IMG/VR virus record: IMGVR_UViG_3300049043_000070
Coordinates: 122,294-186,293 of that record
Origin: a virus
Reading direction: 5' to 3' (one strand)
DNA: 64,000 nt
The translations under genes were made by a program, and so were the position numbers. Under the pieces are notes generated by a model. The model was not told where the DNA came from, made no database searches, and was given only the letters and a program-made list of their open reading frames with translations. The first letter of the stretch is position 1; every line of letters starts with the position of its first letter. Of the stretch, positions 1 to 10,162 are shown piece by piece.

Positions 1-2
1 TC

Positions 3-1989
3 ATGAGGTGGGACACGCTCTGTTTACCCCTAACGAAGACTGGACTGCGAAAGTCAGATTGTCCCAAAGACTTCATCAACGTGGTAGAAGATGCCCGTAT
101 TGAGAAACTGATGAAGCGTAAGTATCCTGGTCTGCGTAAGTCGTTTGCTGGTGGTTATCAAGAACTGAACGCTAAGGATTTCTTTGATATTGCTGGTGAC
201 GACCTCTCTACCTATAGCTTGATTGACCGTATCAACCTTCACTTCAAGGTTGGTGCTAGTGCTTTCATTCCCTTTGCTGATAATGAGCAAGTGTTCGTCA
301 CTCGGACGGATGAGGCAGAGACCTTTGATGAGGTGCTCCAGATTGCTGTTGATATCTACAACTTCAGCAAGCAAGAGAAAGAGATGGAGCAATTGGATGC
401 TAATGTTGGACTTGAGCAAACTACTCAAGGTGGGGGTGGTATGACCCAATCTGGGGGTGATAATGAAACTGAAGGTGATGCTGACGAAGACCAACCTTCC
501 AGCAATTCTGATCAAGAGTGTCAGCAGACTGGTTCTCCTACTCAACCGAAAGGTGAGGATGGTGATAGTGCTGGTGATGAAGGTGATGACGAGAGTTCCC
601 AAACTCAAGATGCCTTTGATCGTGCTGCTGAACGTCTGACGAATACCTTTGCTGGCAATAACACCATCTATGTTGAGATCCCCGATAACGTAGTCCTAGA
701 GGATTATGTTGCTGACTGGACTGAAGTTCATGCTTGGATTGATGAGCAGCGTGAAGCTAATGAACAGATGCTTGCTAACGCTTATCGTGAAGTAGATAAT
801 GATTACGCTTCTTTCCGTAAACAGTCTCAGAAAGAAGTGAACTATCTGGTGAAAGAGTTTGAGTGTCGCAAATCTGCTGATGCTTATGCTCGTGCTGGTC
901 AATCCAAGACTGGTGTGTTGGATACTTCCAAGCTTCACACTTATCTTTACAACGAAGACATCTTCAAGAAAGTCACAGTCCTTCCTGATGGTAAAAATCA
1001 TGGTCTTCTGTTTCTGCTTGATTGGTCTGGCTCTATGCAGCGTGAGATCTTTGCTACTGTCAAACAACTCCTGAACCTTACTGCCTTCTGTAAGAAAGTT
1101 CAGATCCCGTTTGAAGTGTATGCGTTCACGAACGATTACTTCCCTGTTCGTCGTATCAAAGAAGGTAAGTCTCAGTATGTTTCTAACGATGAATACTTTG
1201 CTGCCAACGGTTGTCATGATGGTAAGATCTACCTTCAGAAAGGTATGTTTCATTTGATGAACTTTATTTCGTCTCGCTCTAACGGTAAAGACTACGAACG
1301 TATGTGCCGTAATCTATATCGTGAGGCATACACTTACACTTACCACACTTACTATGGTGCCACTACTGGTCTGGGTTTGTCTGGCACTCCTTTGAATGAA
1401 GGTATCGTGATGCTCAATTACATCATCCCCCAGTTCAAAAAGAAGAACGATCTTCAGAAAGTGAACGTCTGTATTCTTTCTGACGGCGAAGCTTGCCAAA
1501 CTGCCTATGGTCATAAGATGTATGATGAATACAGGGATCGCAACTATATTCGCCCTCGTCGTTTGGATAGTGGCGCGGTTCTTCGTGACCGTCAGACCTG
1601 GCCGTGTTTACAAATCATTTGAGGGTTGGGATAACAACACCAACACTTTTATTCAACAGGTTCGTGACCGTAACCCTGGCGTGAATGTGCTTGGTTTCCG
1701 TATTCTTTCTGGTTCTCAACTGTCTAACTTTGTCAGTTCCTATGCTGACCTTGCTTATTACGGTGAAGTCCAGAAACAGTGGCGAAAAGACAAGTCCGCT
1801 ATTCTTCCTCACCCGAAAGCATTTACTGCTCTGTATGCTATTGCTAACAGCTCTCTTGAAGAGAATGCTACGTTTAGTGTAGAGGATGGTGCTAACAAAG
1901 CAGATATCACCAAAGCATTCAAAAAGATGCTAAACTCTAAGACCGCCAACAAAAAACTTCTCAATTCTTTCGTGGAGTATGTCGCATGA
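3..1989 (+). CDS. CobT-like VWA-domain protein, partner of CobS (5' truncated; one frameshift near 1610)
   Basis: MIDAS-type LLDWSGSM and ILSDGE motifs, acidic linker; ORFs 3..1622 and 1507..1989 join; lies upstream of cobS as in T4-like phages. Confidence 0.75.
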
Positions 1990-2495
1990 ATATCTTTGTC
2001 ACCTCGCCATTTCCTGCCGAGAGTGCCATTTGTTTACCTGACAAACATATTGTGAAGATGCCACTTGAGTGCTGCCAGATGTTATCCATCGTGGCATCCA
2101 AGTGGTATCACAATTATGGACCAATTCATAAAGCAGACGGTGTAGCATACCGCACAGAGAAAGGTGCGTTTCGTAATCACCCATGTACAAAATGGGCAGC
2201 AGAAACTATAGATAATGCCTACTGGTTGATCAAGTGGGGTATGAACTTGTGTGATGAATACTCTGTTCGTTATGGCAAGTTTCATTTTTGCTATAATACT
2301 TTGCTGGAAGCATATTACCTTTTCCCCAAAGGTAAGATTACAAACGTAACTCCATTTGCTAGAGCTATGCCAGATGAATACAAATATGATACGAGCATCA
2401 CTACGTTTGATGCTTACAAAATGTATATCGCTAGTAGACCCTCGGTCTCAAGCAACTACCTCCGTATGCCAGTTCGCAAACCGTCCTGGGTCTGA
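1986..2495 (+). CDS. Pyrimidine-dimer DNA glycosylase / DenV-like protein
   Basis: MNIF...DKHIVKMPLECCQMLS and HPCTKW motifs typical of this family. Confidence 0.7.
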   Translation: MNIFVTSPFPAESAICLPDKHIVKMPLECCQMLSIVASKWYHNYGPIHKADGVAYRTEKGAFRNHPCTKWAAETIDNAYWLIKWGMNLCDEYSVRYGKFHFCYNTLLEAYYLFPKGKITNVTPFARAMPDEYKYDTSITTFDAYKMYIASRPSVSSNYLRMPVRKPSWV

Positions 2496-2547
2496 CGCCA
2501 AACCGACCCGCCTGCCCTATAATAACTACATCAACGAAATGACTTCC

Positions 2548-3683
2548 ATGCCTGCCAAATCCGATGTGACCACCGAGCAGCTGACTTCTTATCTATCCAG
2601 CAACTTCGGCAACGATATCAACGCTGCTCAAGTTCAAGATGCTTGCGGCGTGTTTGGTATCACCTATGCTACTGCTACTAAGCGTCTGCGTGACTTTTAT
2701 GTGAAGCGTGGCACTTGGAACCTGACTGTTCAGGAGCGCCTTGAGCAGACCTTCAAGGCACCTGCCGCTGCTCCTGCTGTTGCTGTTACCGCTCGGGAAA
2801 ATCAGAACCTTGTTCCTGACAAAGACCCCCATTATGTCCCGTTCGGGAATTTCTCGGATGTGAAAAAGATTATCCAATCTGGTCTGTTCTATCCTACTTT
2901 TATTACTGGTCTCTCTGGTAACGGTAAGACTTTCTCTGTTGAGCAAGCATGTGCCAAACTAAATAGGAGCTAATCCGTGTGAATATCACGATTGAAACTG
3001 ACGAGGATGATCTTATTGGTGGGTTCCGTCTTGTTGCTGGCGAAACTGTCTGGCATAATGGACCCGTCGTGGAGGCTCTGGAACGTGGACCTATTCTCCT
3101 TCTAGACGAGGTTGACCTGGCATCTAACAAGATCCTGTGTCTCCAATCTATTCTTGAAGGTAAGGGTATCTTCCTGAAGAAGATTGGTAAGTTTGTTCAA
3201 CCCGCTGCTGGTTTCAATATCTTCGCCACTGCCAACACCAAAGGTAAGGGTTCTGAGGATGGGCGTTTCATCGGCACCAATGTGCTGAACGAAGCATTCC
3301 TTGAGCGTTTTGCTCTGACCTTTGAGCAAGACTATCCTACCGTCACGATTGAGACTAACATTCTCAAGAAAGTTTCTGCCTCTCTGGGTATTGATGATGT
3401 AGAGTTCTGCGAGAACCTTGCCAACTGGGCAGACATTATCCGTAAAACTTTCAAGGATGGTGGTATTGATGAGGTGATCAGCACCCGCCGTCTGGTACAC
3501 ATCGTTCGTGCTTTTGCGATCTGGCAGGATCGTATCAAAGCTATCAAGGTCTGTGTCAATCGTTTTGATGATGAGACCAAGCAATCTTTCATCGAACTGT
3601 ATGATAAGATTGATGCTAAGGTTGAAACTAAAAATGAATTAGAAGGAACCATGGAGATTGGTAATGCCAGCGATCCGTTCTGA
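2548..3683 (+). CDS. cobS: CobS-like MoxR AAA+ ATPase (frameshift near 2968)
   Basis: Walker A GLSGNGKT, Walker B LLLDEVD, ATANTKGKG, LNEAFLERF. Confidence 0.9.
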
Positions 3684-3840
3684 TGAATTCCACGGTTACG
3701 TGGATCGTCTTGCCGTCCTCAAAGACGGCAGGACCGTTCGTATCCTAGGTGGCGAGGGTATGAAATTATTTGTCAAGGACCTTGACGGGAACCTTGAAGA
3801 ATGCTACCATGATAACATTGAACACATTTGGTCTGAATGA
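3658..3840 (+). CDS. Hypothetical protein
   Basis: Short ORF overlapping neighbours in operon-like fashion. Confidence 0.55.
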   Translation: MVMPAIRSDEFHGYVDRLAVLKDGRTVRILGGEGMKLFVKDLDGNLEECYHDNIEHIWSE

Positions 3841-4124
3841 ACTACAAGTATAATGAAGACGCAATCCTTGAAGAGTTGCGCCAATACATCACCAATACTT
3901 ACCAGCAGCATTATTCTGCTGGCGATGATAAAATCCAAACTCTTGATTTGATTGAAGCGTGTGGTGATGGTGAAGCTTTCTGTCGTAGCAACATCCTGAA
4001 GTATGCTTCTCGCTATGATAGGAAAGGATCTGCTAGAATGGACATCATGAAAGTCCTACACTACGCAGTTCTTCTTCTGAACTTCAACGACAAAAATGCC
4101 AAACGTGAAGATTACAACCGATGA
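3837..4124 (+). CDS. DUF3310-like protein (SaV/T7 gp1.7-like)
   Basis: HY...IQTLDLI...FCRSNILKYASRYDRKG pattern. Confidence 0.7.
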   Translation: MNYKYNEDAILEELRQYITNTYQQHYSAGDDKIQTLDLIEACGDGEAFCRSNILKYASRYDRKGSARMDIMKVLHYAVLLLNFNDKNAKREDYNR

Positions 4125-4786
4125 GTAAAGTAACCCTATCCAAGAAGACCTTTGATGTCCTCAAGAATTTCTCCAGTATCAATTCCTCCATCGTATTCCG
4201 CAAAGGAAGCACGTTACGCACTATTAGCAACGCAGAGAACATTCTCGCAGCGTTCTCTAGCGAAGAAGTATTTCCAATGGACTTCGCAATTTATGATCTC
4301 AGCCAGTTTCTTTCTGGGATCTCTCTGTTTAACAATCCTGAACTGGAGTTCTCATCCAGCGATTTTGTTAGCATCCGTGGCGGTGGTAAGTCTGCTCGCT
4401 ACTATTTTTCTGATCCTGAAATCACCCTTAAGTCTGCGCCAGAAAAGAACGTAAAGTTTCCTGGTTCTGATATTCAGTTCAACATTACTGGTGAAGATCT
4501 CCTTTCACTTCAAAAAGCATCTGCTGTTTATACGCTTCCTGACCTGACTTTCCAGAGCGAAGATAACCAAATCAAACTCATCCTTCGTGACAAAGAGAAT
4601 GATACCAGCAATACTTACGAGCAATCCATTTCTGGTGATTGTACTGGCGACTATTCATTGGACGTTAAGATTGACAACATTCGTTTGTTCCCTGGTGACT
4701 ACGTTGTTAAAGTATCCAAACATTTGATTTCTGAATGGACAAATCAAAATTTAGACCTTAAATATTACATTGCGTTGGAGCCATGA
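4121..4786 (+). CDS. gp45: Sliding clamp
   Basis: LKNFSSINSSI, FAIYDLSQFL, YYIALEP C-terminus. Confidence 0.95.
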   Translation: MSKVTLSKKTFDVLKNFSSINSSIVFRKGSTLRTISNAENILAAFSSEEVFPMDFAIYDLSQFLSGISLFNNPELEFSSSDFVSIRGGGKSARYYFSDPEITLKSAPEKNVKFPGSDIQFNITGEDLLSLQKASAVYTLPDLTFQSEDNQIKLILRDKENDTSNTYEQSISGDCTGDYSLDVKIDNIRLFPGDYVVKVSKHLISEWTNQNLDLKYYIALEP

Positions 4787-4789
4787 CTA

Positions 4790-5125
4790 TTGAAACACAT
4801 TCTTTTTACCCTGAAGGGGTGTGCCGCTGATGATCTAGATGACGAAGGTTTTATCAGAGATGTGCTTTATCAAGCATCTATCAGGTGTAAATCAACGATG
4901 CTACATTTGAAATCGCACAAGTTTGAACCGCAAGGTGTTACAGCTGTTGCTCTGCTTGCTGAAAGTCATATTAGCATTCATACGTGGCCAGAGAATGGTA
5001 CAGCAGTTTGTGACATCTTTACTTGTGGAGATCACACAGATCCTGATGCTGGTGTAGAATACATGCGGGCAGAATTGAATGCCACCAATATTGTGTCACA
5101 AACTATTTTGAGAGAGTTGGAATGA
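4790..5125 (+). CDS. speD: S-adenosylmethionine decarboxylase proenzyme
   Basis: PQGVT...LLAESHISIHTWPE...DIFTCG; contains the E|SH self-cleavage site. Confidence 0.95.
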   Translation: MKHILFTLKGCAADDLDDEGFIRDVLYQASIRCKSTMLHLKSHKFEPQGVTAVALLAESHISIHTWPENGTAVCDIFTCGDHTDPDAGVEYMRAELNATNIVSQTILRELE

Positions 5126-5129
5126 GTAA

Positions 5130-5688
5130 TTAGCGATTTACTAATCTAAAACAATTTGGATAATTTTTACTATCAATTCTATATCTAACCTTTTTTTCAC
5201 TCCATCCAAGAATACTCATAGCATCTTTTATACTATCATATTCAATTCCATCTATACTCACTGGGGATGAATTTGATTTTTTGATCGCATCAAAAAATTT
5301 TTTTGATTGCTGTTTTCCTCTCATTCCGCGAGTGGCATATTCTTTTTTTGGTTTTTTATTATGATACTCTTTCATAGATTTTATAAAATTTGGAGATAAT
5401 GAAGTATTCCCACCTTCACCGCCAGTAGTCATGTTATACTTTGGATTTAGTTTGTTTATCCAAAACATTTCTCTATCATTTAAACTTTCTTCTGGTACTT
5501 CTGTTTCTATTTCTTCTATGATAAAATTTTCGCGTCCATATTTTCTTATTGCTCTATGAAGATATGTTTGTGAATTGTATGTATGTAGATCTATAGAAAT
5601 GTTCTCTTAATCTTACTTCTTTTTTCTTGGTGGTCTTTCCGATGTAAAAATCTCCATTTGTTTGATTGATTATTTTGTATATAATCAT
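5130..5688 (-). mobile_element. Free-standing GIY-YIG (Seg-like) homing endonuclease gene, antisense to neighbours, frameshifted near 5620-5580
   Basis: Minus-strand ATG at 5688 reads MIIYKIINQTNGDFYIGKT; then LHRAIRKYG..NF, E..WI, YNMTTGGEG and a NUMOD-like C-terminus; AT-rich relative to flanks. Confidence 0.85.
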
Positions 5689-5726
5689 GGTTGAAAAGTA
5701 ACGCCCTAAATTTATTTATGAAAATT

Positions 5727-6683
5727 ATGAACTCGTCTGATAAAAAACCATTCCTGTGGGTTGAAAGTTATAGGCCAACTACTGTTGAAGATTGTATCCT
5801 ACCAGAAAACATCAAAGAGGTATTCAAAGGATTTGTCGCACAAGAAGAGATCCCTAACCTTCTACTTACTGGCACTGCTGGTGTCGGAAAGACCACGATT
5901 GCCAAAGCGTTATGTAATGAGATCGGGCTTCCTATATCGTCATCAACGGTTCGGACGAGGGGCGGTTCCTTGGACACGGTACGCAATCGGGTCCGTCAGT
6001 TCGCCACAACGATCTCTCTGACCTCTGGGGCGTCCCACAAGGTCGTCATTATTGATGAGGCAGACAATACCACCAACGACGTTCAACTGTCCCTCAGGAC
6101 CGCCGTGGAGGAGTTCCATGGCAACTGCCGCTTCATCTTTACCTGTAACTTCATCAACAAGATTATTGAACCTCTTCATTCTCGCTGTACTGTTGTTGAT
6201 TTCCGTATCAAACCCGACCAGGCAATTCAACTTCAGGGAGAGTTCTTTACTCGTCTGAAAACTATCCTGACCCATGAATGTGTAGAGTATGAAGATAAAG
6301 TCATCGCCAAACTTGTCAAGAGATACTATCCAGACTGGAGACGCCTCATCAACGAATGTCAACGTTATGCTGCGACTGGCTCTATCAGTTCCGCTATTCT
6401 TGTTGATGTTGCTGATGTCAATTTGGACGCTCTACTCACTTCATTAAAGAAGAAAGAGTTTACAACTGTGAAAAACTGGGTGGTTCAGCATCTTGATAAT
6501 GACCCTAGCATGATGATGCGTAAAGTCTATGATAGTTTGTATGATGTTCTCAAACCAGCTTCTATTCCAGAAGCAGTTTTGATCATCGCAAAATATATGC
6601 GAGACATTACAATTGTGCCAGACCAAGAAGTAAATATGCTAGCATGTCTTACAGAACTGATGATGAGTTGTGAATTCAAATGA
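5727..6683 (+). CDS. gp44: Clamp loader large subunit (local indels near 5930-5965)
   Basis: WVESYRP, GTAGVGKTT, IIDEAD, SRC motifs. Confidence 0.95.
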   Translation: MNSSDKKPFLWVESYRPTTVEDCILPENIKEVFKGFVAQEEIPNLLLTGTAGVGKTTIAKALCNEIGLPISSSTVRTRGGSLDTVRNRVRQFATTISLTSGASHKVVIIDEADNTTNDVQLSLRTAVEEFHGNCRFIFTCNFINKIIEPLHSRCTVVDFRIKPDQAIQLQGEFFTRLKTILTHECVEYEDKVIAKLVKRYYPDWRRLINECQRYAATGSISSAILVDVADVNLDALLTSLKKKEFTTVKNWVVQHLDNDPSMMMRKVYDSLYDVLKPASIPEAVLIIAKYMRDITIVPDQEVNMLACLTELMMSCEFK

Positions 6684-6934
6684 ACCCATTTAAAATTAAT
6701 AAGTGGGATTTATATGAGGTTCCAGTGAAGACAAATCCTGATAATGTAAAAGAGGCAAACGAAGGTCTCTTTCGTGCTAAAATGACCTTACCTGCTGCTG
6801 CCAAACATTGTGGTATGACGCAGAAAGAAATGAAACTTACCTTTAGAGAGTATCTTAAATATCATGCCCCAGACTTTGAAATCACTGAAGACACCTTTAA
6901 GATATCCTGGAGGGAAGAGCAGAGCTCTGCCTAA
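6680..6934 (+). CDS. Hypothetical protein, possible HTH
   Basis: LPAAAKHCGMTQKEM resembles a helix-turn-helix. Confidence 0.55.
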   Translation: MNPFKINKWDLYEVPVKTNPDNVKEANEGLFRAKMTLPAAAKHCGMTQKEMKLTFREYLKYHAPDFEITEDTFKISWREEQSSA

Positions 6935-7706
6935 ACTCTTTCAGTTCATGCCTGATCTGAAAGATTATACAGAATATCGTGAACCTTTCCTTGGTGGTGG
7001 TTCTGTAGCACTTGAAGTAACCAAGCGTTATCCTGGCATTCAAGTGTGGGTGAATGATCTTTACGAACCTCTGTATAACTTCTGGTGTATTCTTCGTGAT
7101 CGCCCAGAGGATCTTTATGAAACTCTGCGTGACGAAAAGAATTATTGTAATACTCCTGAACTTGCCCATGGTCTTTTCAATCAAATGAAGATTGAATTGA
7201 ACACGCCAGAAACTTCAGATCTTTGGAGAGCAGCAGCATTTTATATCATCAATAAGTGTAGCTTCTCTGGTCTGACTGAGAGTTCTTCATTTAGTCCTCA
7301 GGCAAGTGAAAGTAATTTCTCTATGAATGGTATTGAAAAGATCCCTGGGTATGGAGAACTAATCAAGGATTGGAGGATTACTAACTATTCATATGAAAGT
7401 CTTTTGATGGCGGATGATAAATCTGTATTTGTTTATCTTGATCCTCCTTATGATATTAAGGACAATCTCTATGGGCGTAAGGGATCAATGCACAAAGGAT
7501 TTGATCACGATAAGTTTGCTGCTGATTGCGATAAGTATATTTGTCATCAACTGGTATCTTACAACAACTCTCAGTTAGTCAAGGAGCGGTTCCGGGGGTG
7601 GACAGTTGGAGAATTTGCACATACCTATACCATGCGGTCGGTCGGATCGTATACAATAGATCAAGCAGAACGAAAGGAACTCGTCCTTTACAACTATGAA
7701 AATTAA
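6864..7706 (+). CDS. dam: DNA adenine methyltransferase (D12 class)
   Basis: PLRYPGGKS, EPFLGGGS, DPPY catalytic motif. Confidence 0.93.
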   Translation: MPQTLKSLKTPLRYPGGKSRALPKLFQFMPDLKDYTEYREPFLGGGSVALEVTKRYPGIQVWVNDLYEPLYNFWCILRDRPEDLYETLRDEKNYCNTPELAHGLFNQMKIELNTPETSDLWRAAAFYIINKCSFSGLTESSSFSPQASESNFSMNGIEKIPGYGELIKDWRITNYSYESLLMADDKSVFVYLDPPYDIKDNLYGRKGSMHKGFDHDKFAADCDKYICHQLVSYNNSQLVKERFRGWTVGEFAHTYTMRSVGSYTIDQAERKELVLYNYEN

Positions 7707-7839
7707 AGTCCAACTCTACGTTAACGGTCGTGTCTTTGATGAGATCGTTGAAGCAGCCAACTATCAAGATGCTCGTGTTACTGCTCTTGCTCGTAACCCT
7801 ACCGCTAAAGTTGTAAATGTAACTGCTGTATTTAAATAA
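7696..7839 (+). CDS. Small hypothetical protein MKIKVQLYVNGRVFDEIVEAANYQDAR...
   Basis: Manual translation; overlaps the dam stop and abuts the gp62 start. Confidence 0.6.
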   Translation: MKIKVQLYVNGRVFDEIVEAANYQDARVTALARNPTAKVVNVTAVFK

Positions 7840-8220
7840 TGTACCAACTAAAAGATTATCTATACAGCATCAATCAATCTAAAAAAAGTATTCTTAACGA
7901 TGACGTTGATGCTGAAAAAGCATATCCACCATATATTATTAATCGTTGTCTTAGCTCTTTTACTGACACTATATTATTTGCAAATGAGATGAACAAGAAT
8001 TCTCATTTGCCAAAGAGACTTCAGTATGATTTCTTACTAAATAGTCTCAAACCTAGAAAGAGATTTTCTCCCTGGGCAAAAAAGATTCGATTGATTATCT
8101 TGATGTAGTCAAAGAGTATTATGGTTATAATGACGATAAATCTCTACAGGCACTTAGGGTTCTCACAAAGGATCAGTTAGATCATATTAAAAAAGTGTTA
8201 GATAAAGGTGGAAAGAATGA
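7839..8220 (+). CDS. gp62: Clamp loader small subunit (frameshift near 8085; end approximate)
   Basis: LKDYLYSIN, YPPYIINRCLS, QYDFLLNS, then VKEYYGY in shifted frame. Confidence 0.9.
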
Positions 8221-8639
8221 CCGCAGAAACTGAAATCCAGTGGAAACAATCTGATATGGTTGAAGTACTTCTTGGAGAACCTGATGATTTTCTAAAGGTG
8301 CGAGAAACTTTGACCAGAATTGGTGTAGCTTCTCGTAAAGAAAAGAAAATTTATCAGTCTTGTCATATTCTGCATAAGCAGGGTAAGTATTATATTGTTC
8401 ATTTCAAAGAGCTCTTTGCCTTAGATGGAAAGAATACTAATCTATCTTTGAATGATGTGCAAAGACGTAATCGTATTATTCAACTTCTCAGTGATTGGGG
8501 ATTGATTACGATTGTAACACCTGATAAAATTGCTGACCTTGCCCCTCTCAATCAAATCAAGGTTCTTGCTTTTAAAGAAAAAGACGAATGGACTTTAGAA
8601 AGCAAATATAATATTGGTAGAAAAAAAACTGTTGAGTAA
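8217..8639 (+). CDS. regA: Translational repressor RegA
   Basis: PDDFLKVRETLTRIG, QSCHILHKQGKYYIVHFKELF. Confidence 0.97.
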   Translation: MTAETEIQWKQSDMVEVLLGEPDDFLKVRETLTRIGVASRKEKKIYQSCHILHKQGKYYIVHFKELFALDGKNTNLSLNDVQRRNRIIQLLSDWGLITIVTPDKIADLAPLNQIKVLAFKEKDEWTLESKYNIGRKKTVE

Positions 8640-8641
8640 AC

Positions 8642-8680
8642 CGTAGTATTAATGGGGGTTTTTACGACCCCCATTTTTTG
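8642..8680 (+). terminator. Rho-independent terminator after regA
   Basis: ATGGGGGT..ACCCCCAT stem followed by T-run. Confidence 0.75.
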
Positions 8681-8745
8681 TCGTTGATGTATAATTAATT
8701 GTGTGATGCCGAATGGGTCACATGTAAACGTCGCTTTTTAGGACA

Positions 8746-9147
8746 ATGGTAACATTTAATTGGGAAACATATACACCTTACGGAATTGGTTTTGATGAAG
8801 CATTCAATAGATTGGAAGCTATTGCAGGAGGTGGATCAAGCTACCCTCCTTACAATGTCATTAACGGAGATGATGGCAAGACCATACTTGAAGTCGCTAT
8901 GGCAGGATTTTCAGCTGAAGATATTGAGGTCGAAACTGAACGAAATGTTCTGACAATCAAAGGTAAAAGATCAGACGATAAAGAAGTCAGATATGCCCAC
9001 AAAGGTATCTCTAATAAATCATTCTCAAGGAACTGGCAACTAGCAGATAATGTAGAAGTTGAAGATGTAAAGTATCATAATGGGTTACTGACTGTTACAT
9101 TGGTCAAAGAGTTGCCAGAGAAACAGAAGAAAAGAAAATGGTTCTAA
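8746..9147 (+). CDS. hsp20: Small heat-shock protein (Hsp20/IbpA-like)
   Basis: YPPYNV, HKGIS.KSF.R.W.L, NGLL.V. Confidence 0.95.
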   Translation: MVTFNWETYTPYGIGFDEAFNRLEAIAGGGSSYPPYNVINGDDGKTILEVAMAGFSAEDIEVETERNVLTIKGKRSDDKEVRYAHKGISNKSFSRNWQLADNVEVEDVKYHNGLLTVTLVKELPEKQKKRKWF

Positions 9148-9153
9148 ATATTC

Positions 9154-9188
9154 GGGGCACTTGACGGTGCCCTTTTTGATGCTAAACT
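9154..9188 (+). promoter_or_regulatory. Terminator hairpin with sigma70 -35 (TTGACG) in its loop; -10 TAAACT
   Basis: GGGCAC-TTGACG-GTGCCC-TTTTT then TAAACT. Confidence 0.6.
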
Positions 9189-9210
9189 AATATCAAACAT
9201 ACAATATCTT

Positions 9211-9557
9211 ATGGCAGTATCAATCGTTACACTCAAGACGGGTGATCGTGTCATTACAGAACTTAAAGAAGTCTTTGATGGTGAAGACGATAATAAAAAA
9301 GGAATTTGTCTTTTGATGGACGAACCTTATGTTTTAAGTTTGGATGGCACAACCCCCAATATCTGACTGAATCTCATGGAATGGAATATCAGGTTCGCTT
9401 TAGTAAATGGAATCCATATTCTCCTGATACTATGTTTAAAATTCCATATGATTGTGTCATGACAATTAGTAGTCCAGAACCAGGATTACAAAAAGCTTAT
9501 GAAAATAAAATCACCCAAAAGAAGGAACTAGAAAATGACCGAGCAACTGAAGACTAA
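9211..9557 (+). CDS. Hypothetical protein (frameshifted)
   Basis: ATG 9211 MAVSIVTLKTGDRVITELKE joins ORF 9306..9557. Confidence 0.65.
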
Positions 9558-9918
9558 TCATGGAATTCGTATCGTAACTCTTGCTACGGCAGAAAGAGTT
9601 TTGTGTATGTTTGGTGAAGTCAAAAATGATGAGGAAAATGTTATCGGATATAGGATGCTGTATCCGTTTGTTCTAAGTCTTGGCACTCCAAACGAAGATG
9701 GAACTGTTCCCATTCAATATGAAAGATGGTGTCCATTTAGTCCAATTGAAGAACATCGCTTGAGCGGAGATCATATTATCAGTGTTGTTTATCCTGATAA
9801 TAATATTCTTGATAATTATGTACTCAAATTGAAAGAGTATGGATTTACTGATGAACAACTTTTCTTTGAGGTGAACCAAGATGGAAATAACAGCGAACTT
9901 GCTGAAGTTAGCGAATGA
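9535..9918 (+). CDS. Hypothetical protein
   Basis: ORF in operon upstream of gp43; similar W.P.SP pattern to the preceding gene. Confidence 0.65.
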   Translation: MTEQLKTNHGIRIVTLATAERVLCMFGEVKNDEENVIGYRMLYPFVLSLGTPNEDGTVPIQYERWCPFSPIEEHRLSGDHIISVVYPDNNILDNYVLKLKEYGFTDEQLFFEVNQDGNNSELAEVSE

Positions 9919-10162
9919 GTGGATTATCGCTCAGGTAGAGGAGGTTGAGGGTGCCACTTCAATAGGTGACCCCGACTGTGTTTTACGAGAACCATATGTG
10001 GTAGAATGTGATGGTGAGATCTATTCATGGCCTCGTCATTCAAATGATCGTGAGGTGATTGTCAGATCTTCTGATATTACCACACTTGTCAATCCAAGTA
10101 CCAAGTTGCTTGCTACTTATCTACTCAAAGTTGATCCTCCAAAACCGCCAAAGTCTGAATGA
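9881..10162 (+). CDS. Hypothetical protein
   Basis: ORF overlapping the gp43 start. Confidence 0.65.
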   Translation: MEITANLLKLANEWIIAQVEEVEGATSIGDPDCVLREPYVVECDGEIYSWPRHSNDREVIVRSSDITTLVNPSTKLLATYLLKVDPPKPPKSE

